From Eubacteriales bacterium (GTDB taxonomy: Bacteria; Bacillota; Clostridia; Oscillospirales; CAG-272), in contig JAZNEM010000125.1 of NCBI GenBank assembly GCA_045588595.1, positions 1-39,824 on the forward strand: 39,824 bases of DNA, written 5' to 3'. Under the pieces are notes generated by a model, which was not told where the DNA came from, searched no databases, and was given only the letters and a program-made list of their open reading frames with translations. This document shows positions 1 through 10,416 of the stretch, one piece after another. Numbering within the stretch: the stretch's first letter is position 1; each line of letters opens with the position of its first letter. A program made the translations under genes and the position numbers.

Positions 1-54
1 GTAATAAAAGAAGTACTCCATTTGGCATACCTGCGATAAAGCAGGTTATTCATT

Positions 55-1695
55 TTACTTTTCTACGCTCATCCAACAACCTTCTGCACCAATTCCATCC
101 TCGGGCGGTGTTAATACGCCTTTTTCAATAAGGCATTCAACAACTGCATCGAGAACAGGTGCATTAGCGAGAATATTAGCAAATCTCCATTCTCCATACA
201 GATAATCGGGAATAGATTTTTTGATAAGGTCCGCAATTTTTTCTGCAACAATTTCTGCGTCAGTATCAAAATAACCTTCTCTCAAACCGTTACTGATCTT
301 GAAAAGATCTTTCTCCAAAAGAGTATAGTTATCAGTCAGTGCACTAACAAGAATCTTGGTGTACAGCATATCTCCGTCACGATATAGGTATCCACATTCA
401 ATAGCTTTAGCCGCGTGTTCCTTTTCTGTTTCTGACAACGTTGTGATATCGAGACCGTCGATAGCGCGAAGCGCAAGCTGAATCTGCGGATCACGAGAAA
501 TATTATGACCGCAGCGGAAATGAGCCTTAATGCGTGTAATGTAAATGTTTCTAAGGTGTACCTTTGAAAATCCGCAAATATTTTCCGCATATTCTCCATC
601 ACAACCGCCACCGTAATACTTGCCGTTATCAACGTATCCAAAGGAACTGTACGGACGCTCCACCTCAGCAACGTCAGAAAAATGCTTTTCTTTCAAAATA
701 CGCTTAACGTTTTCGGAAAACGCACTTGAAATCTCAGATATTTGCTGCCACAAAATAAGGTTCATATCCACTTTTTTGTTTAGATACGGATATGCAAGGT
801 ATTCTGACTTATGCTCCTCGATATAATCGGATATCGTATCACAAATCTTCGGCAATCTTTCCATATAGATCTCATTTGCTTTTTCAAACACGTCCTTATC
901 AAGCAAAACAATATTTATTGCATATTTACCATTATCCAAACGGCGAAGTAAGCCGTATTCACCGTTTTCACCCTTGCGAAGAATCTCAAGTTCTTCCTCA
1001 ACGTAAAGCGTGGGAACGTTCAATTCCTCTGCAATTTCAGATGCGCTCATTGGCTTTTTGTGGCTAAGCCATACAATGTGTTTTGAAAGTGTCCTATAAC
1101 ATATGGTGCTGGGATCTCCCCAAGCGGGGCTTCCCGTTCCCCAAAATACAAAATTAATTTTATCAAGTGATACAGGTTTATTATAAGTATCAGCCATTTC
1201 TTCTACCTCACTTTTGATCTTTTGTCTTGCTGAAAAGAGCCTTTGACGAACAGCACCTTCACTTGTTCCTTGTTTCTTCGCAATCTGAGCAGTGGAAAGA
1301 CCGTCTATGTAGAACATTATCATTACTTCACGATACGCCTTGGTTAAAAAAGCAATTCTGCGGTATACAGAAGTTAATAATTCTGCGGTATCATCAGAAG
1401 TGTCTTCTTCCGCAACACCGAGCAAAACTTCTTCCGAATCGCCTCCACAGGTAGTTTCCGCGCGTTTTCTTCGATTATCGATAAAGTCAGCATAAACATT
1501 ACGAGCTACTCTCCAAATAAACGGATATACGCTTTCGATCTCTCCATCACTATTGGCAGCTTTAACGAGGGCATAGATTATATCCGAGCATAGTTCCTCT
1601 GCCTCGTAGCTGTCTTTTGTTCTCGCATAGCAAAAGCCAAACAGCTTATCAAGCAAGTTGTCATCAAAATATTTTAGCAAGTCTTGTTTTTTCAT
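55..1695 (-). CDS. ECF-type sigma-70 factor with long C-terminal extension (546 aa)
   Basis: Sigma2-like region (EAEELCSDII...FIWRVARNVYAD) and sigma4 HTH (YREVMIMFYIDGLSTAQIAKKQGTSEGAVRQRLFSAR), then a second HTH-like segment (MSASEIAEELNVPTLYVEEELEIL) and ~300 aa of unassigned sequence. Start moved from 1728 to ATG 1695, which has GGAG upstream. Confidence 0.85.
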   Translation of the reverse strand: MKKQDLLKYFDDNLLDKLFGFCYARTKDSYEAEELCSDIIYALVKAANSDGEIESVYPFIWRVARNVYADFIDNRRKRAETTCGGDSEEVLLGVAEEDTSDDTAELLTSVYRRIAFLTKAYREVMIMFYIDGLSTAQIAKKQGTSEGAVRQRLFSARQKIKSEVEEMADTYNKPVSLDKINFVFWGTGSPAWGDPSTICYRTLSKHIVWLSHKKPMSASEIAEELNVPTLYVEEELEILRKGENGEYGLLRRLDNGKYAINIVLLDKDVFEKANEIYMERLPKICDTISDYIEEHKSEYLAYPYLNKKVDMNLILWQQISEISSAFSENVKRILKEKHFSDVAEVERPYSSFGYVDNGKYYGGGCDGEYAENICGFSKVHLRNIYITRIKAHFRCGHNISRDPQIQLALRAIDGLDITTLSETEKEHAAKAIECGYLYRDGDMLYTKILVSALTDNYTLLEKDLFKISNGLREGYFDTDAEIVAEKIADLIKKSIPDYLYGEWRFANILANAPVLDAVVECLIEKGVLTPPEDGIGAEGCWMSVEK

Positions 1696-1734
1696 TTGTT
1701 TCTCCAAGCGATTGATCAATGCTTTCACTTATAT

Positions 1735-1760
1735 AGTCCGTGCATTTATGAAAAAGTTAG
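1735..1760 (-). promoter_or_regulatory. Possible ECF-type (autoregulatory) promoter
   Basis: Minus strand reads CTAAC-tttttcataaatgca-CGGACT about 40 nt upstream of the ECF start; this resembles the general AAC...CG/GAC ECF promoter layout. Confidence 0.35.
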
Positions 1761-1807
1761 GTGAGATATAAAATATTATATTATAAATTTTTTAAGTTGT
1801 AAACAAA

Positions 1808-1846
1808 CGAAAAATGCACCTGTGACAAATTTGCCACAAGTGCATT
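1808..1846 (-). terminator. Rho-independent terminator after clpX
   Basis: Minus strand AATGCACTTGTGGCAA-AT-TTGTCACAGGTGCATT (stem with G-U pairs) followed by a T-rich run. Confidence 0.7.
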
Positions 1847-1856
1847 ATGTTTTTAA

Positions 1857-3194
1857 TTATTCCGTAAGTTCTCCCGCGATTTTTGGAGCTTCGAGGTCAA
1901 CTATCTCGCGGAGAATATATTCGGGTTTTTCTTGCTTCGTTACGCAATTTTCGTGTATCACGACTTCGGCAATTTCGGGTCGCGAGGGAACTTCGTACAT
2001 GATATCCATCATGATTCCTTCCATGATGGAACGAAGTCCGCGTGCGCCTGTATTACGCTCAATAGCCAAGCCTGCGATAGCTTGAAGTGCTGAATCATCA
2101 AAAGTAAGCGTTACGCCATCCATTTCCAAAAGCTTGAGATACTGCTTCAAAATGGAGTTTTTAGGCTCGCTCAAAATGCGAACAAGTGCGTTTTTATCAA
2201 GGTCATTCAAGGTAACTATCACGGGGATACGACCTACAAGCTCAGGGATAAGTCCGAACTTTACGATATCGTGGGGAGTAACGTCCTTAAATATACCGTT
2301 TGCTTTGCGCTCGACCTTTTTCTTTATTTCACTTGAGAAGCCAATGGTTTGATTTCCTTGACGTTTTTCAATGAATTTATCAAGTCCGTCGAATGCTCCG
2401 CCGCAAATAAAGAGGATATTTTCAGTATTTATCTGAATAAACTCTTGATTTGGATGCTTTCTTCCTCCTTGAGGAGGAACATTAGCGACCGTACCCTCAA
2501 GTATCTTGAGAAGAGCTTGCTGAACACCTTCGCCCGAAACGTCTCGAGTGATAGAACGATTTTCACTCTTACGAGCGATCTTGTCTATCTCATCGATATA
2601 GATGATTCCTTTTTCCGCAAGCTCGATATCGTAATCAGCAGCTTGGATAAGGCGAAGAAGAATATTCTCAACGTCCTCACCTACGTAACCTGCCTCGGTA
2701 AGCGTGGTAGCGTCCGCGATAGCAAAGGGAACTTTTAAAGACTTTGCCAAGGTTTGAGCCAAATAAGTTTTTCCCACACCCGTAGGACCTATAAGGAGAA
2801 CGTTACTCTTTTGAAGATCTACTTCGGATATATCGTTATCGCCCTTTTTCTTTTTATCTTCGTTGCTTTTTCTGTAAAGAATACGCTTGTAGTGGTTATA
2901 AACTGCCACGGATAGAGCGACCTTTGCCTCGTCCTGACCTATAACATACTCGTCAAGAATATCCTTGATCTGTGTTGGTTTAGGCAAAGTTTCAAAGGTA
3001 AGATCGTCTATATCCGTCTGAACAACCGTATTTTCATAAATAAGCTGCTGACAAGCATCTACGCAAAAATCGCAAATGTACGTTCCCGTAGGGGAGGGGA
3101 TCAAAAAATTGACCTGCGATTCATTGCGTCCGCAAAAAGAGCAATATCTGATATTTGAATTTTTATTACCGTTGTTGCTATTATTTGAAGCCAT
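1857..3194 (-). CDS. clpX: ATP-dependent Clp protease ATP-binding subunit ClpX
   Basis: N-terminal Zn finger CSFC...ICDFC, Walker [40 protein letters not shown] and IGF loop. Confidence 0.98.
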   Translation of the reverse strand: MASNNSNNGNKNSNIRYCSFCGRNESQVNFLIPSPTGTYICDFCVDACQQLIYENTVVQTDIDDLTFETLPKPTQIKDILDEYVIGQDEAKVALSVAVYNHYKRILYRKSNEDKKKKGDNDISEVDLQKSNVLLIGPTGVGKTYLAQTLAKSLKVPFAIADATTLTEAGYVGEDVENILLRLIQAADYDIELAEKGIIYIDEIDKIARKSENRSITRDVSGEGVQQALLKILEGTVANVPPQGGRKHPNQEFIQINTENILFICGGAFDGLDKFIEKRQGNQTIGFSSEIKKKVERKANGIFKDVTPHDIVKFGLIPELVGRIPVIVTLNDLDKNALVRILSEPKNSILKQYLKLLEMDGVTLTFDDSALQAIAGLAIERNTGARGLRSIMEGIMMDIMYEVPSRPEIAEVVIHENCVTKQEKPEYILREIVDLEAPKIAGELTE

Positions 3195-3217
3195 TATAAT
3201 CCTTTCAAGACAAGAGC

Positions 3218-3829
3218 TTACGCTCTTTTAGCAAATATCTTGTCGATAAGTCCGTATTCGAGTGCCTCTTGTGCTGTCATATAATTATCGCGCTCTGTAT
3301 CTCTCGCTATCTCTTCGATAGGACGTCCCGTATTTTCAGCAAGAATACGGTTAAGATTTTCGCGAGTGCGAAGTATCAGATCGGCTTGGATCTTGATATC
3401 GGTCGCCTGACCTCTTGCACCGCCGAGAGGCTGGTGGATCATTATCTCACTATTGGGAAGAGCGATACGCTTACCCTTTGTTCCTGCGGAAAGGAGGAAT
3501 GCCCCCATGCTTGCAGCCATACCGATACAAATTGTAGAGACATCGCACTTTATAAAGTTCATCGTATCATATATAGCCATTCCCGCAGTAACCGAACCAC
3601 CGGGACTGTTGATATAAAAGCTGATATCCTTATCAGGATCTTGTGCCTCAAGGAAAAGAAGCTGCGCAACGATTAAAGAAGCGGTTGCATCGTTTACTTC
3701 ATCGGATAAAAATATAATTCTGTCATTGAGCAAACGTGAAAAAATATCGTAAGAACGTTCACCGCGACTTGTTTGTTCCACGACCATAGGAACAAGAGCA
3801 TCATATCTTTTGTTTTCAGAATTAAACAT
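3218..3829 (-). CDS. clpP: ATP-dependent Clp protease proteolytic subunit ClpP
   Basis: [30 protein letters not shown], catalytic AASMG, MIHQP and ERD. Start at ATG 3829 after GGAGGTG. Confidence 0.98.
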   Translation of the reverse strand: MFNSENKRYDALVPMVVEQTSRGERSYDIFSRLLNDRIIFLSDEVNDATASLIVAQLLFLEAQDPDKDISFYINSPGGSVTAGMAIYDTMNFIKCDVSTICIGMAASMGAFLLSAGTKGKRIALPNSEIMIHQPLGGARGQATDIKIQADLILRTRENLNRILAENTGRPIEEIARDTERDNYMTAQEALEYGLIDKIFAKRA

Positions 3830-3870
3830 TAAAATCACCTCCGAAATGTTGCAAATAGCTAAAAAACAAA

Positions 3871-5154
3871 TTACTTGGACTTGATTACAGCCTTTTCTTT
3901 TACGAATTCAACAGCCTTCTTGACCTTCATATCAGCTGCGATAGCATCGGCTGCGATGCTTGCCTTGACCTGCTCAACGTCAACGTTGTATGCAGATGCG
4001 ATCTGTGCATATTCAGCCTCAATATCTTCTTCGGTAGCTGCGAGATTTTCAAGAGCTGCTATCTTCTCAAGAGCAAGTCTGCCCTTTACCTGACGCTCAG
4101 CCTGAGGTCTCATCTGCTCACGAAGAGAGTCGAGAGTCTGATTGGTGTACTTAAGGAAGGTAGCAAGATCCATTCCCTGAGAGCGAAGTCTCATATCATA
4201 GTCACGAACATAGTTCTCGGTTTCTTCCTCGAACATAGCCTCGGGGATCTCTGCTTCAAGCTTCTCGATAAGAGCCTCAACGAGCTTTTCCTCAAGAGCA
4301 CTCTCTGCTGCATTTTCGTGTCTCTTTTCAATTTTAGCCTTCATATCAGCTTTATATTCATCAAAAGTGTCAAATTCAGAAACATCTTTTGCGAAATCAT
4401 CATCAAGAGCGGGAAGCTCAACCTTGGTCAAAGCGTGGATCTTAACCTTAAAGGTTGCATCCTTGCCTGCAAGGTCAGCTGCATGATATTCAGCAGGGAA
4501 GGTAACGTTAACATCGAACTCGTCATCGATGTTCTTGCCAACGATCTGCTCTTCAAATCCGGGGATAAATGAACCCGAACCGAGAGTAAGAGCATAGTCA
4601 GTACCCTTACCACCCTCAAAAGCAACTCCGTCGCAGAAGCCTTCGAAATCGATAACAGCGGTGTCGCCCATTTCAGCAGCGCGATCAGTAACCTCGATCT
4701 CGCGAGAGTTACGTTCACGAATAGTCTCGATCTCCTTGTCAACCTCTTCATCGGTAACGGGCTCTACTTCATTCTCAACTTCGATTCCGCAGTAGTCCTT
4801 GATCTCAACGTCGGGCTTTACATAAACCTTTGCAGAGAGAACGAGTCCGTTCTCATCAAGGCTAACTATGTCAAATTCAGGCTGACCTACAACCTCAAGT
4901 TCGGACTCCGCAAGAGCAGCGGGATAAGCGGTAGGGATAAGGTCATTGATAGCATCCTCATAGAAAACGCCCGTGCCGTACATCTTTTCGATGATAGAGC
5001 GGGGAGCTTTTCCTTTTCTGAATCCGGGAACGCTTATTGTCTTTACTTGCTTGCGGTATACCTTTTCAACCGCTGCATCAAAAGTTGCTTTTTCGATAGT
5101 AAACTGCAACTCATATCTGTTTTTTTCAATAGCTTCCTTTTTTGTCAAACTCAT
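3871..5154 (-). CDS. tig: Trigger factor
   Basis: Ribosome-binding GFRKGKAP and FKBP domain ([20 protein letters not shown]); canonical tig-clpP-clpX order. Confidence 0.97.
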   Translation of the reverse strand: MSLTKKEAIEKNRYELQFTIEKATFDAAVEKVYRKQVKTISVPGFRKGKAPRSIIEKMYGTGVFYEDAINDLIPTAYPAALAESELEVVGQPEFDIVSLDENGLVLSAKVYVKPDVEIKDYCGIEVENEVEPVTDEEVDKEIETIRERNSREIEVTDRAAEMGDTAVIDFEGFCDGVAFEGGKGTDYALTLGSGSFIPGFEEQIVGKNIDDEFDVNVTFPAEYHAADLAGKDATFKVKIHALTKVELPALDDDFAKDVSEFDTFDEYKADMKAKIEKRHENAAESALEEKLVEALIEKLEAEIPEAMFEEETENYVRDYDMRLRSQGMDLATFLKYTNQTLDSLREQMRPQAERQVKGRLALEKIAALENLAATEEDIEAEYAQIASAYNVDVEQVKASIAADAIAADMKVKKAVEFVKEKAVIKSK

Positions 5155-5204
5155 TTTAGTTTAAACCTCCGATATGTTTTGTTTATTTTTTTACATACTA
5201 ATAT

Positions 5205-5233
5205 ATTGTACTTTTTTTTGTATGATTTGTCAA
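5205..5233 (-). promoter_or_regulatory. SigmaA promoter of tig-clpP-clpX
   Basis: Minus strand TTGACA (5233-5228), 17-nt spacer, TACAAT (5210-5205). Confidence 0.75.
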
Positions 5234-5248
5234 TAGATATTTGAAAAT

Positions 5249-5968
5249 TTATCCTATAAATAGCGGAATAAAGTCAATATAATCGGCAGATATCATATTA
5301 AAATCAATTTCTTGATACTGAAAACGTCCGCTTACGTTGTAACAACCGTGTATATGTCCGAAATAACAACGCTTTATATCATATTCTTTTAAAATTTTAA
5401 TTATAGGTTCACAAGAATAATCAGCCCAAACAGGCGGGAAATGAAAGAAAACGAGAATTTCCTTTTGTGTTTCTTTTTGTAATCTTTTGGCGTCATCCAA
5501 TGACATTTTCAGACGTATAACTTCACGATTTATTATTTTTTCATAGTCAACATTGAGTTCTGCATTCTGAACGGATTTATCCACGAACCAACCTCGTGAG
5601 CCTGCAATAATATAATTTTCAACCTCAAGCGCGTTATTGTTCAAAATATCGATGGTGTTTATACAGTTTTCACAAAAAAACTTTTTCATTTTTGAAACGG
5701 TAGACCACCAAAAATCGTGATTGCCCTTCATAATTATCTTTTTTCCGGGAAGTGCTTCTATCCATAAAAGGTCGTATAACGCTTCATTTGTCGTCAAAGC
5801 CCATGAAATATCTCCGGGTATAATAACGGTATCCGTGGGTTCTACAATTTTTTTCCAATTATTAGATATCCTATCGGTATAGTTTTTCCATCTTGCACCA
5901 AAAACTTCCATGGATTTTTCGTTCGATTTGACATCAAGATGAAGATCGGAAATAACAAAAATCGCCAT
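5249..5968 (-). CDS. Calcineurin-like metallophosphoesterase
   Basis: All five motifs present: SDLH, PGD, GNHD, FH and GHIH. Confidence 0.9.
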   Translation of the reverse strand: MAIFVISDLHLDVKSNEKSMEVFGARWKNYTDRISNNWKKIVEPTDTVIIPGDISWALTTNEALYDLLWIEALPGKKIIMKGNHDFWWSTVSKMKKFFCENCINTIDILNNNALEVENYIIAGSRGWFVDKSVQNAELNVDYEKIINREVIRLKMSLDDAKRLQKETQKEILVFFHFPPVWADYSCEPIIKILKEYDIKRCYFGHIHGCYNVSGRFQYQEIDFNMISADYIDFIPLFIG

Positions 5969-6049
5969 AAGGACTCCTTATCAGTTTATGAATAAAATTT
6001 GCGGTTATGAGCAGAATAATAATATTCTTATCATAAGGAGGTAAAAATA

Positions 6050-6250
6050 ATGAATCACGAAACCGAAACACGCGGATGCGGAACAGCAAAGATCTGCAAA
6101 GAACACATTAAGGGTATTCGCTGTGATGTTAAGAATTGCATGTATCACGATTGTGAGACCTATTGCATGGCAGGTGAAATTGCCGTAGGTCCCAGCAACG
6201 CGACAACAAGTGCGGACACTATTTGCGCGACCTTTAAAGAAAAGAAGTAA
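6050..6250 (+). CDS. Small Cys-rich protein, DUF1540-like
   Basis: IRCDVKNCMYH...YCMAGEIAVG...TICATF pattern; strong AAGGAGGT RBS. Confidence 0.8.
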   Translation: MNHETETRGCGTAKICKEHIKGIRCDVKNCMYHDCETYCMAGEIAVGPSNATTSADTICATFKEKK

Positions 6251-6256
6251 GTTTGT

Positions 6257-6296
6257 TAAAAGGGTTGTTGCCGTGAGGCAACAACCCCATATTTTT
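6257..6296. terminator. Bidirectional terminator between the DUF1540-like gene and thrC
   Basis: GGGTTGTTGCC-GTGA-GGCAACAACCC (6262-6287), flanked by A and T runs, between convergent genes. Confidence 0.8.
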
Positions 6297-7773
6297 ACAT
6301 GAATTTATACACTGCTTCAAGCATAGCGTCGGAATCGATAACGTCGGAGAATCTGATCTCGCGCTTATCAAGATCGCGAAGCGGATATGTTATCTCCGTA
6401 TTTGTAAGAGCGGAAAGATCAAGCAACGCTCCCGTGTCGGCAGACGCGTCTTTTCCTGTCAAAGAGTGGTATACGTCAGCCGCAAATTTGTAAGGACTTG
6501 CGGTAGATGCAACGATAATTTTTGTATTATCATTTGATTCCGCAACGTATTTTTCAGCGCAACACAATGCAACAGAAGTATGAGTATCCGCGAGATAACC
6601 GTATTTTTCATAGAATTTACGAACAGTTTTTGCTGTTTCGTTTTCATCAGCGCAGAAGCCTACGAAGTTTTCCGCGATAAGTTTACGGATATCATCGCTA
6701 ACGGTATATTTGCCTGTAGTGTTAAGCTCCTTCATATACTTTGCTGTCTCTTCTGCACCTGCGGTAAAGTAGAGGAGACGCTCAAGATTGCTCGATATGA
6801 GAATATCCATCGAAGGAGACATGGTCATATGGAATTTGCGGTTTCTGTCGTAAGTTCCTGTGCGCAAAAATTCAGTGAGCACATTGTTGGAGTTTGATGC
6901 GCAAATAAGCTTTCCAAGAGGAAGCCCCATAGCTTTGGCGATATATGCGGCAAAGATGTTTCCAAAGTTGCCCGTAGGAACACATACGTTGACCTTTTCA
7001 CCGTAACTTATCTCGCCGGAAGCTAACATATCACAGTATGCTGATACATAATATACGATCTGAGGAGCTAAACGTCCCCAGTTGATAGAGTTTGCGCTTG
7101 AAAGAATATAATTGTTTTTCAGAAGCTCTTCTTTAGCGGTCGCGTCTGCAAATATTTTCTTAACTCCGTTTTGTGCATCGTCAAAGTTTCCGCGGATCGC
7201 GCAAACATTGACGTTTGACCCCGTCTGAGTAGCCATCTGAAGCTTCTGTACCTTACTTACGCCGTCGACAGGGTAGAACACCATTATCTTAACGTGATCG
7301 ATATCCTTGTATCCCTCAAGAGCGGCTTTTCCCGTGTCACCCGATGTAGCAACAAGAATAAGCGCGGTATTGCTCTCACCTGTTTTCACAAGAGCACGCG
7401 AAAGGAGTCTGGGCATTATCTGCAAAGCCATATCCTTAAAAGCAGCGGTCGGACCGTGCCAAAGTTCAAGAGAAGAGAAGATATCGTCTATTTTCTTTAA
7501 TGGTGCAGCACCTCCTGGGAAAGACGATCCCGCATATGCACCTTCGCTATCTGCTAAAAGCTCATCATAGGTATAGTCTGTTAAAAATTTAGAGAGTATA
7601 TATGCGGCTCTTTGCGGATAAGTTTTGTCGCAAAGAGACAAGGTTTCTTCTTTTGTTAATGTAGGAATGGATTCGGGGACGAACAAGCCACCGTCATTTG
7701 CCAAGCCTTGCTTTATAACAAGAGCAGAATCAAACTTATTTTTTTGAGAATCACGTGTGCTGAAATATTTCAT
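6295..7773 (-). CDS. thrC: Threonine synthase
   Basis: MKYFSTR, GLANDGGLFVP, LELWHGPTAAFKDMALQ (PLP lysine), ATSGDTG, SANSINWGR, VPTGNFGN. Confidence 0.96.
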   Translation of the reverse strand: MKYFSTRDSQKNKFDSALVIKQGLANDGGLFVPESIPTLTKEETLSLCDKTYPQRAAYILSKFLTDYTYDELLADSEGAYAGSSFPGGAAPLKKIDDIFSSLELWHGPTAAFKDMALQIMPRLLSRALVKTGESNTALILVATSGDTGKAALEGYKDIDHVKIMVFYPVDGVSKVQKLQMATQTGSNVNVCAIRGNFDDAQNGVKKIFADATAKEELLKNNYILSSANSINWGRLAPQIVYYVSAYCDMLASGEISYGEKVNVCVPTGNFGNIFAAYIAKAMGLPLGKLICASNSNNVLTEFLRTGTYDRNRKFHMTMSPSMDILISSNLERLLYFTAGAEETAKYMKELNTTGKYTVSDDIRKLIAENFVGFCADENETAKTVRKFYEKYGYLADTHTSVALCCAEKYVAESNDNTKIIVASTASPYKFAADVYHSLTGKDASADTGALLDLSALTNTEITYPLRDLDKREIRFSDVIDSDAMLEAVYKFM

Positions 7774-7842
7774 TTTTTCACCCTTTGTTTATGTAATGAT
7801 TTTTATAGTAACACATCCGAAATATTGGATCTGTATTTTAAG

Positions 7843-8232
7843 TTATTTATAAATGAAAGCGTTTTCGATGTGATTTATAGCTTTTACCTTAAAATTGATT
7901 TTGTCAAGATATACTTCAATAACATCGAAACGGATCATTTTATTTTTAATTTTTTTAGGATTGGAAGCTATAAAGCTTCTTGCGCCATTTATGGTTCGTT
8001 CTTGCTTTCCGAGATTTACAGCAGATGCGGCGTAACCGAAGGAAATATTATCATTTGAATTGACGGTTCTTGTTTTTACTTCAACAAAGACAATAAATTG
8101 AGAATTTGAAGCAATAATATCTATTTCGTTATGAGATTCATGCTTGTTTCGTTCAATAATGCGGTAACCATGTTTTTTCAAAAAGCGAACCGATTTTTTC
8201 TCACCAAGATTTCCAATGTCCTTTGTGTTCAT
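7843..8232 (-). CDS. yraN: YraN/UPF0102 family putative endonuclease
   Basis: GNLGE...GYRIIERN...EIDIIA...FVEVKTR...RFDVIEV; follows rnhB as usual. Confidence 0.9.
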   Translation of the reverse strand: MNTKDIGNLGEKKSVRFLKKHGYRIIERNKHESHNEIDIIASNSQFIVFVEVKTRTVNSNDNISFGYAASAVNLGKQERTINGARSFIASNPKKIKNKMIRFDVIEVYLDKINFKVKAINHIENAFIYK

Positions 8233-8837
8233 TATTTATCCTTGTCAAGAAATCTAATGAATTTTGTTCTGTGTATCGGAGCAGGACCGTATTTGCGAAG
8301 CGCATCCATATGTACTTTAGTACCGTAGCCCTTATGCTTTGCTATTTCATACTGTGGATATTCGCGGTCAAGCTCTATACATTTGCGGTCACGAGTTACC
8401 TTTGCGAGAATAGAAGCGGCGGCGATAGACGGAGAGATTGCGTCACCGTGTACTACCGCTTTGGTCGGAAGCTCAAATCCACGTGTTATGTTACCATCAA
8501 TAAGAGCAAGATCGGGAGTTATTTTCAACATAGAAATTGCTCTGCGCATAGTATGCAAGGTCGTTTCGAGAATGTTCGTTTCATTGATCTCCTCGACCGA
8601 ACCTTCTGCGATCGCGTAAGCGAGAGCGTTTTCGCATATCTGATCAAAAAGAATTTCTCTCTTCTTTTCAGTAAGCTTTTTTGAATCGTTTAAACCCTCA
8701 AGATAAAGTCCTTTTGGAAGTATAACGGCAGCGGCAACAACAGGACCGCATAAAGGACCTCTGCCTGCCTCATCTACTCCGCATACGATGGGATAACCGT
8801 TTTGTTCAGCTTCGATCTCCAAAGTATATTCAAGCAT
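8232..8837 (-). CDS. rnhB: Ribonuclease HII
   Basis: GVDEAGRGPLCGPVVAAAV, LNDSKKL, SIAAASILAKVTRD, HKGYGT. Start at ATG 8837 after GGAGG. Confidence 0.97.
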   Translation of the reverse strand: MLEYTLEIEAEQNGYPIVCGVDEAGRGPLCGPVVAAAVILPKGLYLEGLNDSKKLTEKKREILFDQICENALAYAIAEGSVEEINETNILETTLHTMRRAISMLKITPDLALIDGNITRGFELPTKAVVHGDAISPSIAAASILAKVTRDRKCIELDREYPQYEIAKHKGYGTKVHMDALRKYGPAPIHRTKFIRFLDKDK

Positions 8838-8848
8838 AAAAGCCTCCA

Positions 8849-9718
8849 TCAACCAGATACTCTATCAAGAGTTATTCGCCCAAGCTTTGCAGAACGGAAT
8901 TCATCAATAAGCATATTTGCGGTACGTTCTGTGTTAACCTCACCACCTGAAACGAGAAACCCTCTTTTTCTGCCTATACGACACATCAGGTCATAATTGT
9001 CCACTTCATCTTCGGACGGCAGGGAATCAAGCTTATAACGAGCGCAAAGATAGTCAGGATACATTTTACGCAATTTTCCGCAAAGGAGCATAGCTATCTC
9101 CTCTATGTCAAGAACGTCGTCCTTTATAGCGCCCGTTATTGCCAAGTTTTCACCAACGATAACATCTTCAAATTTTGGCCACAAAACGCCTGGCATATCC
9201 ATTAGTAAAATGCCTATGTTGGTGGATACCCATTGTTTGTCAAGAGTAACACCGGGACGATTTTCTACCTTTGCCTTTTTGTTACCGCATATCTTGTTTA
9301 TCAAAGATGATTTCCCGACGTTTGGGATTCCTACGACCATTGCTTTCAAAGAACGCCCTACCATGCCTTTTCCTTCGTATCGGTCGAGCTTTTCCTTGCA
9401 AAGTTCTCTTATCGCGGGCGCTATCTGGGATATACCCTTACCGCTTATACAATCGGTTTCGATGCATATAGTTTTTTCATTAGAATAATGCTCGCTAAAA
9501 GTCTTTGTAACGTTAGGGTCAGCCAGATCGGCTTTATTTAAAAGAATAATAGAGGGCTTGTCCGCACAAAGCTTTTGTATTTCTGGATTTCGAGAGCTAT
9601 AAGGTATTCTCGCATCTAAAAGCTCAATAACGGCATCAACATTTCTTAGGTTATCTCGGATAAGACGTCTGGTTTTTGCCATATGTCCGGGAAACCATTG
9701 AATATTTTGCGATGGCAT
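8849..9718 (-). CDS. rbgA: Ribosome biogenesis GTPase RbgA (YlqF)
   Basis: IQWFPGHMAK; circularly permuted G motifs NKAD, GIPNVGKSS and DMPG. Start at ATG 9718 after GGAGGTG. Confidence 0.96.
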   Translation of the reverse strand: MPSQNIQWFPGHMAKTRRLIRDNLRNVDAVIELLDARIPYSSRNPEIQKLCADKPSIILLNKADLADPNVTKTFSEHYSNEKTICIETDCISGKGISQIAPAIRELCKEKLDRYEGKGMVGRSLKAMVVGIPNVGKSSLINKICGNKKAKVENRPGVTLDKQWVSTNIGILLMDMPGVLWPKFEDVIVGENLAITGAIKDDVLDIEEIAMLLCGKLRKMYPDYLCARYKLDSLPSEDEVDNYDLMCRIGRKRGFLVSGGEVNTERTANMLIDEFRSAKLGRITLDRVSG

Positions 9719-9739
9719 AAACCACACCTCCGATCACAT

Positions 9740-10381
9740 TTATTTTACTGTTCCGAATCTTGAAAAAGGAGAGATCCGAAAAATAACTTTTCCTAAGATT
9801 CTTCTCGTATCGACAAGACCTATTCGTGAATCTCGACTGTCTGCCGAATTATGTCTGTTATCACCAAGAACAAAAACCGTTCCTTCCTCAACCTTTACAG
9901 TAGTTGGTAAGGGGTAGGGATTATATGATTTTTCGTCTATATACTTATAATCTTCTTGCAGTACCGTAACGTTTCCTTCACTGTCGGTTATAGTGACTAT
10001 AACGTTATGATCATCATATGAGACGTTTACCGTGTCTCCCGCAACTCCTATAACTCTTTTTACAATAGGTTCGTTAAAAGAGTAATCTCCCGTTTGGTGA
10101 AAAACAACTATATCATTTCGGTCGGGGGTGTATAAGATGTCCGAAGTGATGAGCTTTTCGTTGTTATAAAGCGTTTTTTCCATAGACGGACCTTTGACAG
10201 TACAAAGTCTTATACCCGTAAAAGAAAACAGTAGAATAACAAAGCAAACAGCTATTACAAAAACTTCCACATAATCTAAAATGTTTGAGAACTTTGCTTT
10301 CTTTTCGGCAGAGTTTGCAGTATCATTAAAAAGGGTAGGGGTTTGCTCTTTTGATGTCTCGTTCTGCTCAATATTTGACAT
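9740..10381 (-). CDS. lepB: Signal peptidase I
   Basis: One TM segment, then GPSMEKTL (catalytic Ser), IVKRVIGVAGD (Lys) and VLGDNRHNSADSR. Confidence 0.95.
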   Translation of the reverse strand: MSNIEQNETSKEQTPTLFNDTANSAEKKAKFSNILDYVEVFVIAVCFVILLFSFTGIRLCTVKGPSMEKTLYNNEKLITSDILYTPDRNDIVVFHQTGDYSFNEPIVKRVIGVAGDTVNVSYDDHNVIVTITDSEGNVTVLQEDYKYIDEKSYNPYPLPTTVKVEEGTVFVLGDNRHNSADSRDSRIGLVDTRRILGKVIFRISPFSRFGTVK

Positions 10382-10416
10382 ATCAAATATCGCCTTTCTT
10401 TTCGTTTTATAATGAA

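Noticed and set aside
7774-7842. T-box or other leader upstream of thrC
   Set aside because: The gap is only 69 nt, with no T-box motif or terminator/antiterminator.
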